Assembly: GCF_006345805.1 (NCBI RefSeq)
Contig: NC_043006.1
Span: forward strand, 31,124,001 to 31,188,000
Direction: 5' to 3'
Origin: Octopus sinensis
Lineage: Eukaryota
Length of the DNA: 64,000 nucleotides
The notes beneath the pieces were generated by a model. That model did no database searches. It was not told where the DNA came from and saw only the letters and a list, made by a program, of their open reading frames with translations. Positions 50,231 through 61,759 of this stretch are shown here, in pieces. Both the position numbers and the translations under genes were made by a program. How positions within the stretch are numbered: position 1 is the first letter of the stretch; every line of letters begins with the position of its first letter.

Positions 50231-51310
50231 TCGTACCATCAGATGAACGGATGAGCGTTGATCAGCAGAAGACAATGCATGGATATATTAGTAGAAAGCT
50301 CCTGGATGATAGTAACATTGATCATCAAAGCAATTTATTATGGACCAACAACCGGGTTACTAACTCCTACTTTGAAGAGTATGCGTTTGCAATCCAGGAA
50401 CAGGAAATAGCAACCAAATACCAGATACATAAAGGAGACAGAGACTCAGGAAAAGCAGCAAAATGTAATAACTGATGCAGCTTTGTGGAGTTAAGACCGA
50501 AGATATCTCCCACGACATAAGCAGTTGTCCGAAAATGTCATCACGGTATTATCTACCCGTGAGATATTATGTTGTAGCTACAGTACTGTTGCTAGGCCAA
50601 AGAAATAAGAACCTATAGTATGGTAGAAGCCATAGCCACGAATGATAAAAAGAAGTACTGTTGAAATGTCCCAGTGAAAACCTCAATAAAACGTAAATAT
50701 AATAGACCTGACATAGTAATTTGGGAGAGAGAAGAGAAACTGTGCAGTTGTGAAAATCAGCTTTATAACGTCTGTCCAGCAGACGTTATAAAGCTAAAGA
50801 TCAGCGATTAAAAAAATACCTGTGCTGAGGAATCTACAGCTATTATATCTAGATTACAAGTTCAGGTTTATACCTGTAATTATTGGAGTCCTGGGATATG
50901 TAATACACTGCCTAAATACCAATCTTGAGAAATTAGGTTTCTCAAAACCAGAAAGGCGAAAGCTAATTCGAAGACTACAGATCCAATATATTCACTGGAA
51001 CTGTAAAAATCTGTAAAACTTTCCAGAAGTTTATCATTTAAGTATATATGAACATGTCTAGATGTGCAACTATATGCATGAGAATACGTACATGAAACAT
51101 ACAAATCTGCACATGCATACATACATACATACATACATACATACATACATACATACATACATGCATACATACATACATACATATATGCGTACATACAAAC
51201 AAAATTACCCTGTTGTTGATGTTGAAATTCCAATGAAGGAGCCTTGGATCTAGGTTAGAAACCGACTCTTTCTCCATTGGCAAGAAATCTTGAAATAAAA
51301 TTGAACAATG
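50231..51310 (+). mobile_element. R4/Dong-type LINE, 5'-truncated, flanked by (CATA)n on both sides
   Basis: MHGY..., FEEYAFAIQEQEIATKY, CCHC region (C..C...EDISH...CPKMSSRYYLP), KYNRPDIVIWEREEKLC (REL), LRNLQLLYLDYKFRFIPVIIGVLG. (CATA)n lies at 50119-50226 and 51320-51418. Confidence 0.9.
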
Positions 51311-51766
51311 ACACACACACATACATACATACATACATACATACATACATACATACATACATACATACATACACACAGATACATACATACATACATACAT
51401 ACATACATACATACATACAAACAGAGGCACTACGGCTTAAGTACCATGATTATTGACAAGGCGAGGTTCTCCAGCAGAGTACGAACCGACGACCCTTAGC
51501 TTCTGGTTAGATATCTCAGCCTCTTCCTCTTTTTCCTTCCCTCTCACGCTGTCATTCCACACACACACACACACACATCTACGATTATTTAGTCTGTATA
51601 GACAGAGAAACAAAAGGTCTACAAAAGACAACAGATAAATATATATATCTATAACCAAGTTGGGATTCGCTCTTCCCCCCTTCTTCTCTCCTATCCTTCG
51701 CCATATTCCTTTACTGCATTTAATAAACAGCTTCAACCTTTCTAGCGCCCTCTCTCTCTCCCTCCC

Positions 51767-51806
<40 letters not shown>

Positions 51807-51831
51807 CTATCTAGCTATCCATCTATCTATC

Positions 51832-51981
<150 letters not shown>

Positions 51982-52371
51982 CATCTATCTATCTACCTCT
52001 TTCTCTCTATCTCTATCTCTCTCTATCCATCTATCTATTTACTTCTCTCTCTCTTCCTCTCTGTCTGTCTGTCTGTCTGTCTATTAAAATTTCTCTTTAT
52101 TTCTTTGTCTCTCCAGCTCATTGTGTATGTGTATGTATGTATGTATGTATGTATGTATGTATGTATGTATGTATGTGTGTGTGTGTATCTGTCTGTCTAT
52201 CTCTGTCTGTTTCTCTCTCCCTGCCTGTGTCTGTATGTCTGTCTCTCTCTCTCTGTTTTTCTCTCCTTCTCTCTATTTCTCCTTATTACGGCTTTGTAGC
52301 TTCCCCGTCACCAATCTATTCATCCATTCTTCCACCCATACTGATATACCTGTGTTGGTGTCCGTATGCAT

Positions 52372-52443
<72 letters not shown>

Positions 52444-53198
52444 TCCTTCCACTATCAGCCAGTCTTTCTATCTATGCGTGGTGTCTGTTGGTAATAAAGT
52501 TAAGTGCCAAGTGAAGTATGTGAGCGCAACTTTTTAAGTGGCCCCAAAACAGTCGGAGCAGTTGATCTGTAGAGATTAACAGCAGCAATTGTCTACGGGT
52601 GGCGCGATCAGGTCATCATCATCATCATCATCGTCGTTATCATCATAACCACTACCATCATCATCATCATCACCATACCACCACTACCATCATCATCATC
52701 GTCGCCATCAAAAGAAAAAAAATTGTCTTGTAGTTCTCATTACTTTGCTAATTAATGACTTATTGGAAAATCATTTAAAGCCTACCCCGTTTTCCTCCCT
52801 CAACCCACCCCTCTTCCCCCTCCTCCTACTCCCTCCTGCCCGCCCTCTCCCCCTCACTCCCCGTCCATGATAGTTCATGGTTTAATACCTTTCCAAAAAC
52901 AATAATAATAATAATAATAATAATAATAAACAATAATAATAATAATAATAATAATGTTGTTGTTGTTGTTGTTGTTGTTTGTTGTTTCATTCCATTCGAT
53001 CTTGAAAATAGGTTATCAGTAATATGCTGAGGGTCCTTAAGCTCTGTGGGTGTGTGTGTGTACATGTATATGACTGTGTGTGTGCGCGCGCGCGTGTGCC
53101 TGTGTGTGTGTGTTCCGTCCAATTACACACAATTGGTCGTGTGTCTCGGCAAAAGAAATCCATATTAGAGATTTTATTGTTTTCATTTTCATAATTGA

Positions 53199-53232
<34 letters not shown>

Positions 53233-54099
53233 CAGAGGCGTTGGGGTGTGGCGGTGTTGTGATGGAAGTTTGATGTAACACACCTGTCCATCAGGCGACA
53301 TACGGCAACAGGTGAAGGTTTTTGGCGCCGACAAATTTAATGAGAAAAGAAACAAGATAAAAAGCAAAACAAAAAAAAAAACAAAAAAAAAGGAAAAAGC
53401 AAAGAGAAAAGAATATGTCTCGATCCCCACCCACTTTTTGCGCCTTTTTCGTTTTCGGTCGTCATCGGTGATTTCAAATACTTCCAATAACAAAAGGTAT
53501 TTGTTGATAATAAACAACAAACTGCCCCTCCCCTTTAACCCTTAGTCACACTTACGCCGTCACCGTCGCCACCCTTAATCCGGCAATTAGAGTTTATAAT
53601 TCTTATCTCGCCGAGACGGACTCAAAGACCGAAACGGAGTCACGAGTCAACGAGTGAGTCTTGCGAGGTGGTTGATCAACATGCTAGAGATAGCAGCGAA
53701 ATGTTCCTTAAAATTACAGTCGACGTCTTACGAATGCGTAGTGGCTAGCAATCTATCATGGCAAATATCAGACAGAAGGGTCACACAGGAGAGCTAGGAT
53801 GAAGGGGAGATAATAAAGTAGTGGTGATCTCAAAACGAAGGTGCGCGTGCATGTGTATAAGAGAGTATATATGTGCGTGTGGAAGAGGGCTGGTGACTTT
53901 GACATGTGCATGTGTGTGTGTGTGTGTGTGTTTATGTGGTCCTGGTTCTATTGCTCACAGACAAAAGACGTCGACAACAACAACAGCAGGAACAACGATG
54001 ATGACGATAACGATGGCTGCAATAAAAACAAAAACAAGAACAAAAAAATAACAATAAAAACAATAACAAAACAATGATGATGGCAGTAACAGTAACGAC

Positions 54100-54169
<70 letters not shown>

Positions 54170-54177
54170 TAAAAGTG

Positions 54178-54372
54178 ATACCAGTGGTGATCGGAGCGTT
54201 GGGCTCAATCCCATTGAAACTTCAAGACTTCTTAAGGCAACTGGAAGTCCCATGCAAGATTGATGTCTTGCATAAAGCAGCCTTGTTGGGCATAGCGCAT
54301 ATCTTAAGGAAAGTGACTTGACAGATAACTAAAGACTCCGGTGCATTTTTACCTACACTGTGTTACGAAGGA
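54178..54372 (+). mobile_element. Short 3' end of a Dong-like LINE inserted in (TAA)n
   Basis: PVVIGALGSIPLKLQDFLRQLEVPCKIDVLHKAALLGIAHILRKVT*; (AAT)n at 54101-54165 and 54372-54478. Confidence 0.88.
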
Positions 54373-54431
54373 ATAATAATAATAATGATAGTAATAATAA
54401 TAACAATAATAATATAATAATAATAATAATA

Positions 54432-54479
<48 letters not shown>

Positions 54480-54480
<1 letters not shown>

Positions 54481-55112
54481 AAAGACTAAGCAAAGAGGAA
54501 GCAACTGGAAGGCACCTGGCCACGACAAGATCCCCAACTTCTGGTTAAGATATCTGACAGGAATGTACAAAAAGCTGGCTGAAAACTTTAACGACATACG
54601 AGCAGAGCTAGAGACAATGCCTGAATGACTCGCGAAAGGGAAAATTATCCTAATTCCCAAATCCACTGAAACGACAAAACCACAAAACTACAGGCCTATA
54701 AACTGTCTCCCTACAATTTACAAAGCCCTTACTGCAGTAACATCGCAGAGATTGAGCAAGCATCTGGAAGAAAACAACCTGTTTCCAGAAGAGCAGAAGG
54801 GATGCTGCAAAAGCTCATACGGCAGTAAAGATCAACTAATGAACAATAAAGCCATAACTGAAGACAGCCACAGGAAGAAGAAATACCTCAGTATGGCCTG
54901 GATCGACTACCGAAAGGCTTTTGATAGTACTCCTCACATGTGAATCCTCGAAACACGAGCAATGAACAAGGTAGCACCAATAATTATAAAATACATAAGA
55001 CACTCTATGAATAAATGGCAGACAGTGCTACAGCTCCAAGCAAAAGAGGAACTCGTGAAAACCAAAAATAATAATATTTTTGTCGATCTTCACCGGAAAA
55101 GTAAAACTCTCT

Positions 55113-55178
<66 letters not shown>

Positions 55179-55520
55179 CTCTCTCTCCTTCTTTCTCACT
55201 CTGTCTCTCGCTCGCTCTTCACGTATAGCCTCACATGCTACCATTCGAAGAGGAATATTCCAGGGAGACACGCTCTCTCCACTCCTTTTCTGCTTGGCAC
55301 TGACACCTTTATCTGACATGCTAAATAGAACTGGATGCGAATACAAATGTTACGGCAAAGCAATCAGCCACCTCTTATATATGGATGACCTAAAACTATA
55401 CGCTACAAATGATAAACAGCTAGAAACACTACTATAGGCAGTACATGGATTTACCAAAGAAATTCAATTGAAATTTGACTTAGAAAAATGTGCCAGAGCA
55501 ACGTTGAAAAGAGACTCTGA
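54480..55520 (+). mobile_element. Dong/R4-type LINE RT domain, split by a 160-bp insertion
   Basis: NWKAPGHDKIPNFW, ILIPK...NYRPINCLPTIYK, PEEQKGC, DQL, MAWIDYRKAFDSTPH, [insertion], IRRGIFQGDTLSPLLFCLAL, ISHLLYMDDLKLY, LEKCA. Confidence 0.93.
55073..55231 (+). mobile_element. ~160-bp mini-element with a (CT)/(CTTT) core; second copy at 61561-61723 on the minus strand
   Basis: Both copies share the ends ttttgt.gatcttcaccggaaaagtaaaactctcttac and ctcgctcgctcttcacgtatagcct. Confidence 0.85.
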
Positions 55521-55996
55521 GATACTAGGTATTGCCATGGCTTAAAGCAAACTACCCAGATTGTAATTATGTATGGACACAGGATGGTGCCCCAGCCCAC
55601 AAAGCTAGAAAAATACAAGATTTCTGCAATTTTTTGGAATCATGTTTATGGCCGCCTTCTAGCCCAGATCTAAACCCTCTGGATTATGCTATTTGGGGCG
55701 TTTTAGAACATGCTACCAATAGAACGTTACAAAGCAATGTCGACTCTCTTAAAGATACTATTAAAGAGGAATGGGAGAAGTTCTCTTCCGAATATTTGAG
55801 GAACACTTGTGCCAGTTTCAGGAAGCGTGTGAAAGCAGTTATTGAGAAAGAAGGAGGACACATAGAATAAAAACATTTTCTATTATGTAAATTTTCTTGT
55901 GGCAAATAAATTCTCATGACTTTCAATAAACTAATTGGTCATACACTGTCTTTCAATCCCTGCCTCAAATATTGTAAATATTGCTTCCTCACCTTG
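55520..55996 (+). mobile_element. Tc1/mariner-superfamily (maT/DD37D-like) 3' fragment with terminal repeat
   Basis: YVWTQDGAPAHKARKIQDF...LWPPSSPDLNPLDYAIWG...KEGGHIE*. The third catalytic residue is D; the D-D spacing here is 32, suggesting a small deletion. Ends cacc.tg|TA. Confidence 0.88.
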
Positions 55997-56066
<70 letters not shown>

Positions 56067-56105
56067 ATATATATATATATAATATATCTATTACATACAT
56101 ACATA

Positions 56106-56333
56106 CAGGGTACGGCAGAATAACACCCTTTTTTTGCATTTAATAATTGTTATAGTATATAAATGTTTATTAAGTAATTTTTTTTTATATCGAACCCTAG
56201 TTTATTGGATTAATTAAAGAAATGAATATTAAACTAATGAAGAAGATCGCAAAAGTTTCAGGAACTAAAGAAGGAACTCGATTTGAAATTAGAAAACTCG
56301 AATACAAAAGGGCGTTACTTCTGCCGCAGCCTG
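56106..56333. mobile_element. Tc1/mariner-type MITE (~228 bp, TA TSD)
   Basis: TA|cagggtacggcagaataacacccttt ... aaagggcgttacttctgccgcagcctg|TA, imperfect ~27-bp TIRs. Confidence 0.85.
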
Positions 56334-56344
56334 TATATATATGT

Positions 56345-58390
56345 ATAATAATAATAATGAAATTATTGTATACAGTGCTCAGGTGCACCACAACTTGTCA
56401 GGAAGTGCGTATAAAGTATATGCAGTAAAGTACAAATGTCTGGAAATCGAACAATGTATGAGTCAGATACATGCTTGCGTGTGTATGGAGGGGAGAAAAT
56501 CAGGTGTAGTGTTGGCGAATCTCAGAAAGCATGGAAGTTTTGAAGGATTCAGTGCTCCGACAACTACCAACTGATGCCGGCAGTTTGTTCCATGCTTCAG
56601 CAACTCTCAGCGTGAAAAAAATGTTTCCTAAAGTCATGGGAGCTGTGCTGTTTTCTGACTTTGTAAATATATCCACGGGTGTTAGACGGGTGGAGTTTGA
56701 AAAGGTGCTCAGATTTATTGTTTGTAAGATGGTTAATAATTTTATGGGTATCTGCCAAGTCAGCTGCCAGACGTCGGAGTTTCAATGTGTCCATGCCCAG
56801 GGAAGTAAAGGCGTTCAGAATATGGCAAATGCCTGATGGAGGGTATTCTTTTGGTTGCACATCGCTGAACGGCTTCCAGACGATTAATATCCTGGGCAAG
56901 ATAGGGGTTCCAGACTGGTGATGCAAATTCCAGGTGAGGTCTTACCATAGCTATATAAAGCCGCAGATAGATAGCCGGAGAGCGACTCACAAAGGACTTG
57001 GTGAGTGATGCCAAGACACCTTCAGCCTTCTTGGCAATTTTAGCGATGTGTTTTGTCCAACGCAAATCGCTGTCGACAATAACACCCAGGTCACGTTCAC
57101 ACGAAGACTTTTTGAGATTAGTGTTGTGGAGGGAGTAAGTGGACGCTGGGTTTCTCCTCCCAAAATGCATGGTGATACATTTGTCCACAGCCAGCTTCAG
57201 TTGCCAGTCCATGATCCACTGCTGCATTGTGTCCAGGTCTGCTTGCAATAGAGATCTATAGTGTACAGGATCTGACCTCTTTATTTCGAGGTACAGCTTG
57301 ATGTCATCTGCATATTTCAGCACTGTGGCATTCTTTAAGTTGGCATCTATGTCATTAACATATGCAACAAATAAAAGGGGGCCAAGAACAGATCCCTGTG
57401 GTACACCAGATGTCATCTCATAGGGTGAAGAGTGCTGTCCTAGAACTGTGACAACCTCCTTTCAGCCGAAAATAAAGGACTTCAACCAGTTGTGGAGTTC
57501 GTCTCTTACGCCCAACGCAGAGAGTTTCACCATAAGTCTTTTGTGTGGCACAGAGTTAAAAGCCTTAGCAAAGTCCAGGTAAACAACATCTACCCAGGAT
57601 CCGCGATCAGTGATTTGGGTAATGTCCTCAAGAAACTCGATGAGTTGATTACAGCAGCTGGAGTTAGGAATAAATCCAAATTGTGACGGCTGGATGAGGC
57701 TGTGAGACTTCCAGAAGTTCCAGAGGGTTTCCCTGACACAGGATTCCATCAGTTTGGCGATGCAGCTAGTAAGACTAACGGGACGATAGTTGACAGGCGA
57801 TGTGCGGTCACCTTTTTTGAACAGAGAGATAACACTGGCAGTTTTCCACTGCTCTGGAGTAACACCATTGTCAAGACAGAATTGGAAAAATAGAGAAAGT
57901 TGGCATAGAAGAAAGTACCCACCACGTTTGAGAAGTAGGTATGTAACACCATCGAGACCAGGAGAGGCATAGTTGCGTTTATTCTTAAGGTGGCGTTGTA
58001 GCATTGCGGTGTAAATTGCATAGTAGATATAGAGTCCGGTGTCAGTGGTGATGAAGATGGAACATTTTGGTCTTCGACAGTAAAGATGCCGGCATAGCAT
58101 CCAGCAATGATTTCTGCATATTCTTTGGGATTGCCAGTAATCTGTTCTGTGTGGGGATTGCGAAGGGGACTAACTGGAGAGTGAGGTCTCTGCTTTGAGT
58201 GCACATACTTCCAGAACATTTTGCTGTCAGGGTTGGTTGCAATGCGTTGTTCAAATTCAAGCACTGCCTTTTTTTGTCACCTGCTTGAGGTGGTTGGCTG
58301 ACCTATTGCCCTTTTTCCTGTTGATCTCTGATTTGTGCAATTTGTAATCCTGTTCACCCTTACGGCGTCCTTTCCTGGCAAGTCGGACTG
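56345..58390 (-). mobile_element. CR1-clade LINE, 5'-truncated ORF2 with (ATT)n tail
   Basis: NPDSKMFWKYV, SPGLDGV, SVISLFKKGDRTSPVNYRPVSLTSCIAKLME, QFGF, DVVYLDFAKAFNSVPH, SGVPQGSVLGPLLF, KYADDIKL, VRPHLEFASPVWNPY, LEAVQR. Confidence 0.95.
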
Positions 58391-58429
58391 CTGCAGTCTC
58401 CCAAATTGCAAATTGCATGTTTATATATA

Positions 58430-58860
58430 TATAAAAGAATACAAAAAATGGGACAAGAACGCAAAACATCCAGACAAATGATACAAAAAAGGGACAAGAA
58501 AAAACAAGGACGGGTCATTCGGAGTTTTCTTTCGTCAGTCGAGTTCCAGATTGGATTTACAGTTTGGGCTGGTTATACTCGAGACTGTTCCAATCTGGCC
58601 AGCCCTAAAGAAAATCTAAGCTAAGAGCACTAGATTCCTTGGAAGAAAGCAGCGAATATATACGAAAACAAGGACAGAAAAAACGGAGAAATGATACACA
58701 AATACAAATGCAAACAACACGACATAACAACCTGTGTCTTTCGACTAAGAACGCATTAAATTAAGCTGGCGTATGTAGAAGTGAAACCTTACGGCAGGGA
58801 CATAAGAGATTACAGGCAGGGGAAGGAATATAGATGTTGCACAGATGATAGTCGAACCAA
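58430..58860. repeat. Interspersed repeat, related to a fragment at 12180-12260; possibly Penelope-derived
   Basis: ggacaagaa...aaggacgggtcattcggagtttt is similar to ggacaagag...aagactggtcattcttgggttt. Confidence 0.4.
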
Positions 58861-59148
58861 GGAAGAAAGGTCAGGCTTGGTTGAACACCGGTTACGTGGA
58901 AGGAGAGAAGAGAGGTAGAGGGATAGAAGAAATAGGGAGGGACAAGAAAAAAGAAAAAGGACAGAGTAAAGTGAAAGAGGAGAGAAGGTGAGAATGAAGG
59001 GAAGGCCAGGAAATGTGAGCGAAAGAACGAAGTAAGCATGAAGGGGCTGATAGAAAGAAAGAATGAAAGAATAAGAGAGCATACAAAAATTATATATATA
59101 TATATATATAATATATATAGAAAGAGAGAGAGAGAGAGAGAGAGAGAT

Positions 59149-59169
<21 letters not shown>

Positions 59170-59184
<15 letters not shown>

Positions 59185-59372
59185 TGCATCGAGCTCATGA
59201 TCATGAGGTAGTGAGTTCGATTCCCGAACCGGGCTGTGTGTTGTGTTCTTGAGCAAGACACTTTATTTCACGTTGCTCCAGTTCACTCAGCTGTAGAAAT
59301 GAGTTGCGACGTCACTGGTGCCAAGATGTATAAGCTTTTGCCTTTCCCTTGAGTAACATCGGTGGCGTGGAG

Positions 59373-59375
<3 letters not shown>
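59170..59375 (+). mobile_element. SINE family D (CORE-like domain)
   Basis: gagttcgattcccgaaccggg...ttgtgttcttgagcaagacactttatttcacgttgctccagttcactcagctgtagaaatg is homologous to 61760-61967. Confidence 0.85.
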
Positions 59376-59416
<41 letters not shown>

Positions 59417-59659
59417 ATACGATGGCGATTTTCCCTTGAATTTCCATCTATCGAATTCCCTCATTATGCTAAAAACGTAGGTTGATCGGGACCATACTAG
59501 ATGGCAATCGCCCAGGGTGTACGCAGTGGGACTTTCTCCCTTTCGTCACACCCCTAAAATATTCGTACTGGGTGGTTTGTATTCCATTCATGACACACTG
59601 CAATGTTGTGTCCCATGGAAAGTATTCTACCCTTCCAACTCAAATTTTAAACGTATCAC

Positions 59660-59689
59660 CTTTTTACCTCTTTCCGTTTTACTTGTTTC

Positions 59690-59730
<41 letters not shown>

Positions 59731-59872
59731 GATGGGTTTCTTTCCGCTTACCGAATCCACTTTCAAGGCTTTGGTCGTTCCTGGGCTATAGTAGAAGACA
59801 TTCGCCCAATCGGGACTGAACCTGTAGCATGTGGTTGGGAAGCAAGCTTCTTACCGCATGGCCACGCCATAT
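59660..59872 (-). mobile_element. SINE family A, internally shortened
   Basis: ttttacttgtttcagt(ac)n gatgggtttctttccgcttaccgaatccac...gggactgaacc...gcttcttaccgcatggccacgcc. Confidence 0.75.
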
Positions 59873-60024
59873 TTTCTCTTTGAGTTTCGTTTAAGTTTTT
59901 CGCTAACGAAGTGACAAGACTTGTTGAGTCAAGAGAATTGTCAGGGTTTGTAAAGATGTGTTTCAGTGAGTGCATATATGTCGGTGCTTGTGCGTGCGTG
60001 CTCATAATTTCTTTATGCATAGAA

Positions 60025-60474
60025 CCAAGAAAGAACAAAAGAAAGGAAAATAAAGATAGAAAGTAAGAAAGAAAGAAGGAATGAATGGAAGAATGGAAGA
60101 AAGAAAGAAAGAAAAAATAAAGATAGAAAGAAAGAAAGAAAGAATGAGTGAATGAATGAATGAAAGAATGAAAGAATGGAAGAAAGAAAGAATGAATGAA
60201 AGAATGGAAAGAAGAAAGAAAGAAAGAAAAAAGAAAGAAAGAAAATTAAATAAAGAATGAATGAATGAATGGAAGATTGGAAGAAAGAAAGAAAGAAAGA
60301 ATGAATGAATGAATGAAAGAATGGAAGAAAAAAAGAAAGAAAGAATGAATGAAAGAATGGAAGAAAGGAAGAAAGAATGAATGAATGAATGAATGAATGA
60401 AAGGATGGAAGAAAGAAAAAAATCAATGAATGAATAGAAGAAAGAATGAAAGAAAGATAGAAAGAAAGAATGAT

Positions 60475-60509
<35 letters not shown>

Positions 60510-60540
60510 AAAATTTCTAAAAAATGGAGGAAAGAAAGAA
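60025..60540. repeat. ~500-bp purine-rich (GAAA/GAAT)n degenerate microsatellite
   Basis: Visible composition and periodicity. Confidence 0.9.
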
Positions 60541-60882
60541 GTGAAAAAAAGTAAATATAAAATGTAAATCTCGAGTTTGTGTAAGAGCGAAGCGTTCAAC
60601 GGGAAATAACTCTTACAGTCTTCAGTAACAGATCTACTCTCAAAAAATAATTCAATAAATAAATGTATAAATAATCAAATAAATAAATAAATCTAAACCC
60701 TCCCCGCCCCGCTTTGTTGGAAATAGCGACCCAATGTCCCTTATCGTCTGGAATATGGATGGACAGACTGGATTAGTGTAATCGACGATAAATAATGCAC
60801 GTGAAAAAGACGGGATTGGTATGGCTGCCACCGTAGATTCCAGCCGTCGGGGAGTCTGGCTGGGAGGCAGACAGCAGCAAAT

Positions 60883-61215
60883 GGAGGCGCAATGGCCCAA
60901 TGGTTAGGGCAGCGGACTCGCGGTCGGAGGATCGCGGTTTCGATTCCCAGACCGGGCGTTGTGTGTGTTTATTGAGCGAAAACACCTAAAGCTCCACGTG
61001 GCCCCGGCATGGGGTGGTGGCGACCCCTGTTGTACTCTTTCGCTCCAACTTTCTCTCACTCTTTCTTCCTGTTTATTGTCCCCGACTCCCTACGCAACCG
61101 CTGGGTCTGGCTGCACATTCATCCATCCGTCGATGCTCTCGGTGTCGGGGGTTGACCTGCTTTCTCTTCTGCGGGTCTTACGAATAGCAAAGGACCACGT
61201 TTCGGACTTCTCTCA
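60883..61215 (+). mobile_element. SINE family C, near full length
   Basis: Same head as at 8229, plus an additional 3' tail ending ...ggaccacgtttcggacttctctc. Confidence 0.85.
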
Positions 61216-61401
61216 CTAAGGGACGAAGACCGCTACGCTCAACAAACAAACAAACAAACAAACAAGCAGCAGCAGCAGCACAAATTCCATCAAAAACCTT
61301 CGAGCACAACGATGATCATCTTCATCAGCAGCAGCAGCACCACAACCACCACCACCACCACCACCATCACCACCACCACCACCATCACCACCACCACCAC
61401 C

Positions 61402-61433
<32 letters not shown>

Positions 61434-61759
61434 CAACAACCACATCAACAACAACTACAATAATTAAATAGGATTCTCCTTACATTTCCTCTCATACTCT
61501 CATCATCATTTTCGTCGTCGTCGTCGTTGTCACTGGCATCAAAAACAATTTATTACAAAAAGGCTATACGTGAAGAGCGAGCGAGGGACAGAGTGAGAAA
61601 GAAGGAGACAGAGTGAGAAAGAAGGAGAGAGAGAGAAAGAAAGAAAGAAAAAAAGAAAGAAAGAAAGAAAGAGAGAGAGTAAGAGAGTTTTACTTTTCCG
61701 GTGAAGATCAACAAAAAAGTATTCCATCCGGTGGCAGATGAATATGGTTTAATGTACAC

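Noticed and set aside
58505-58545. Minus-strand CUGACGA...CGAAU
   Set aside because: Stem II is weak, GAAA is incomplete and there is no stem I partner.
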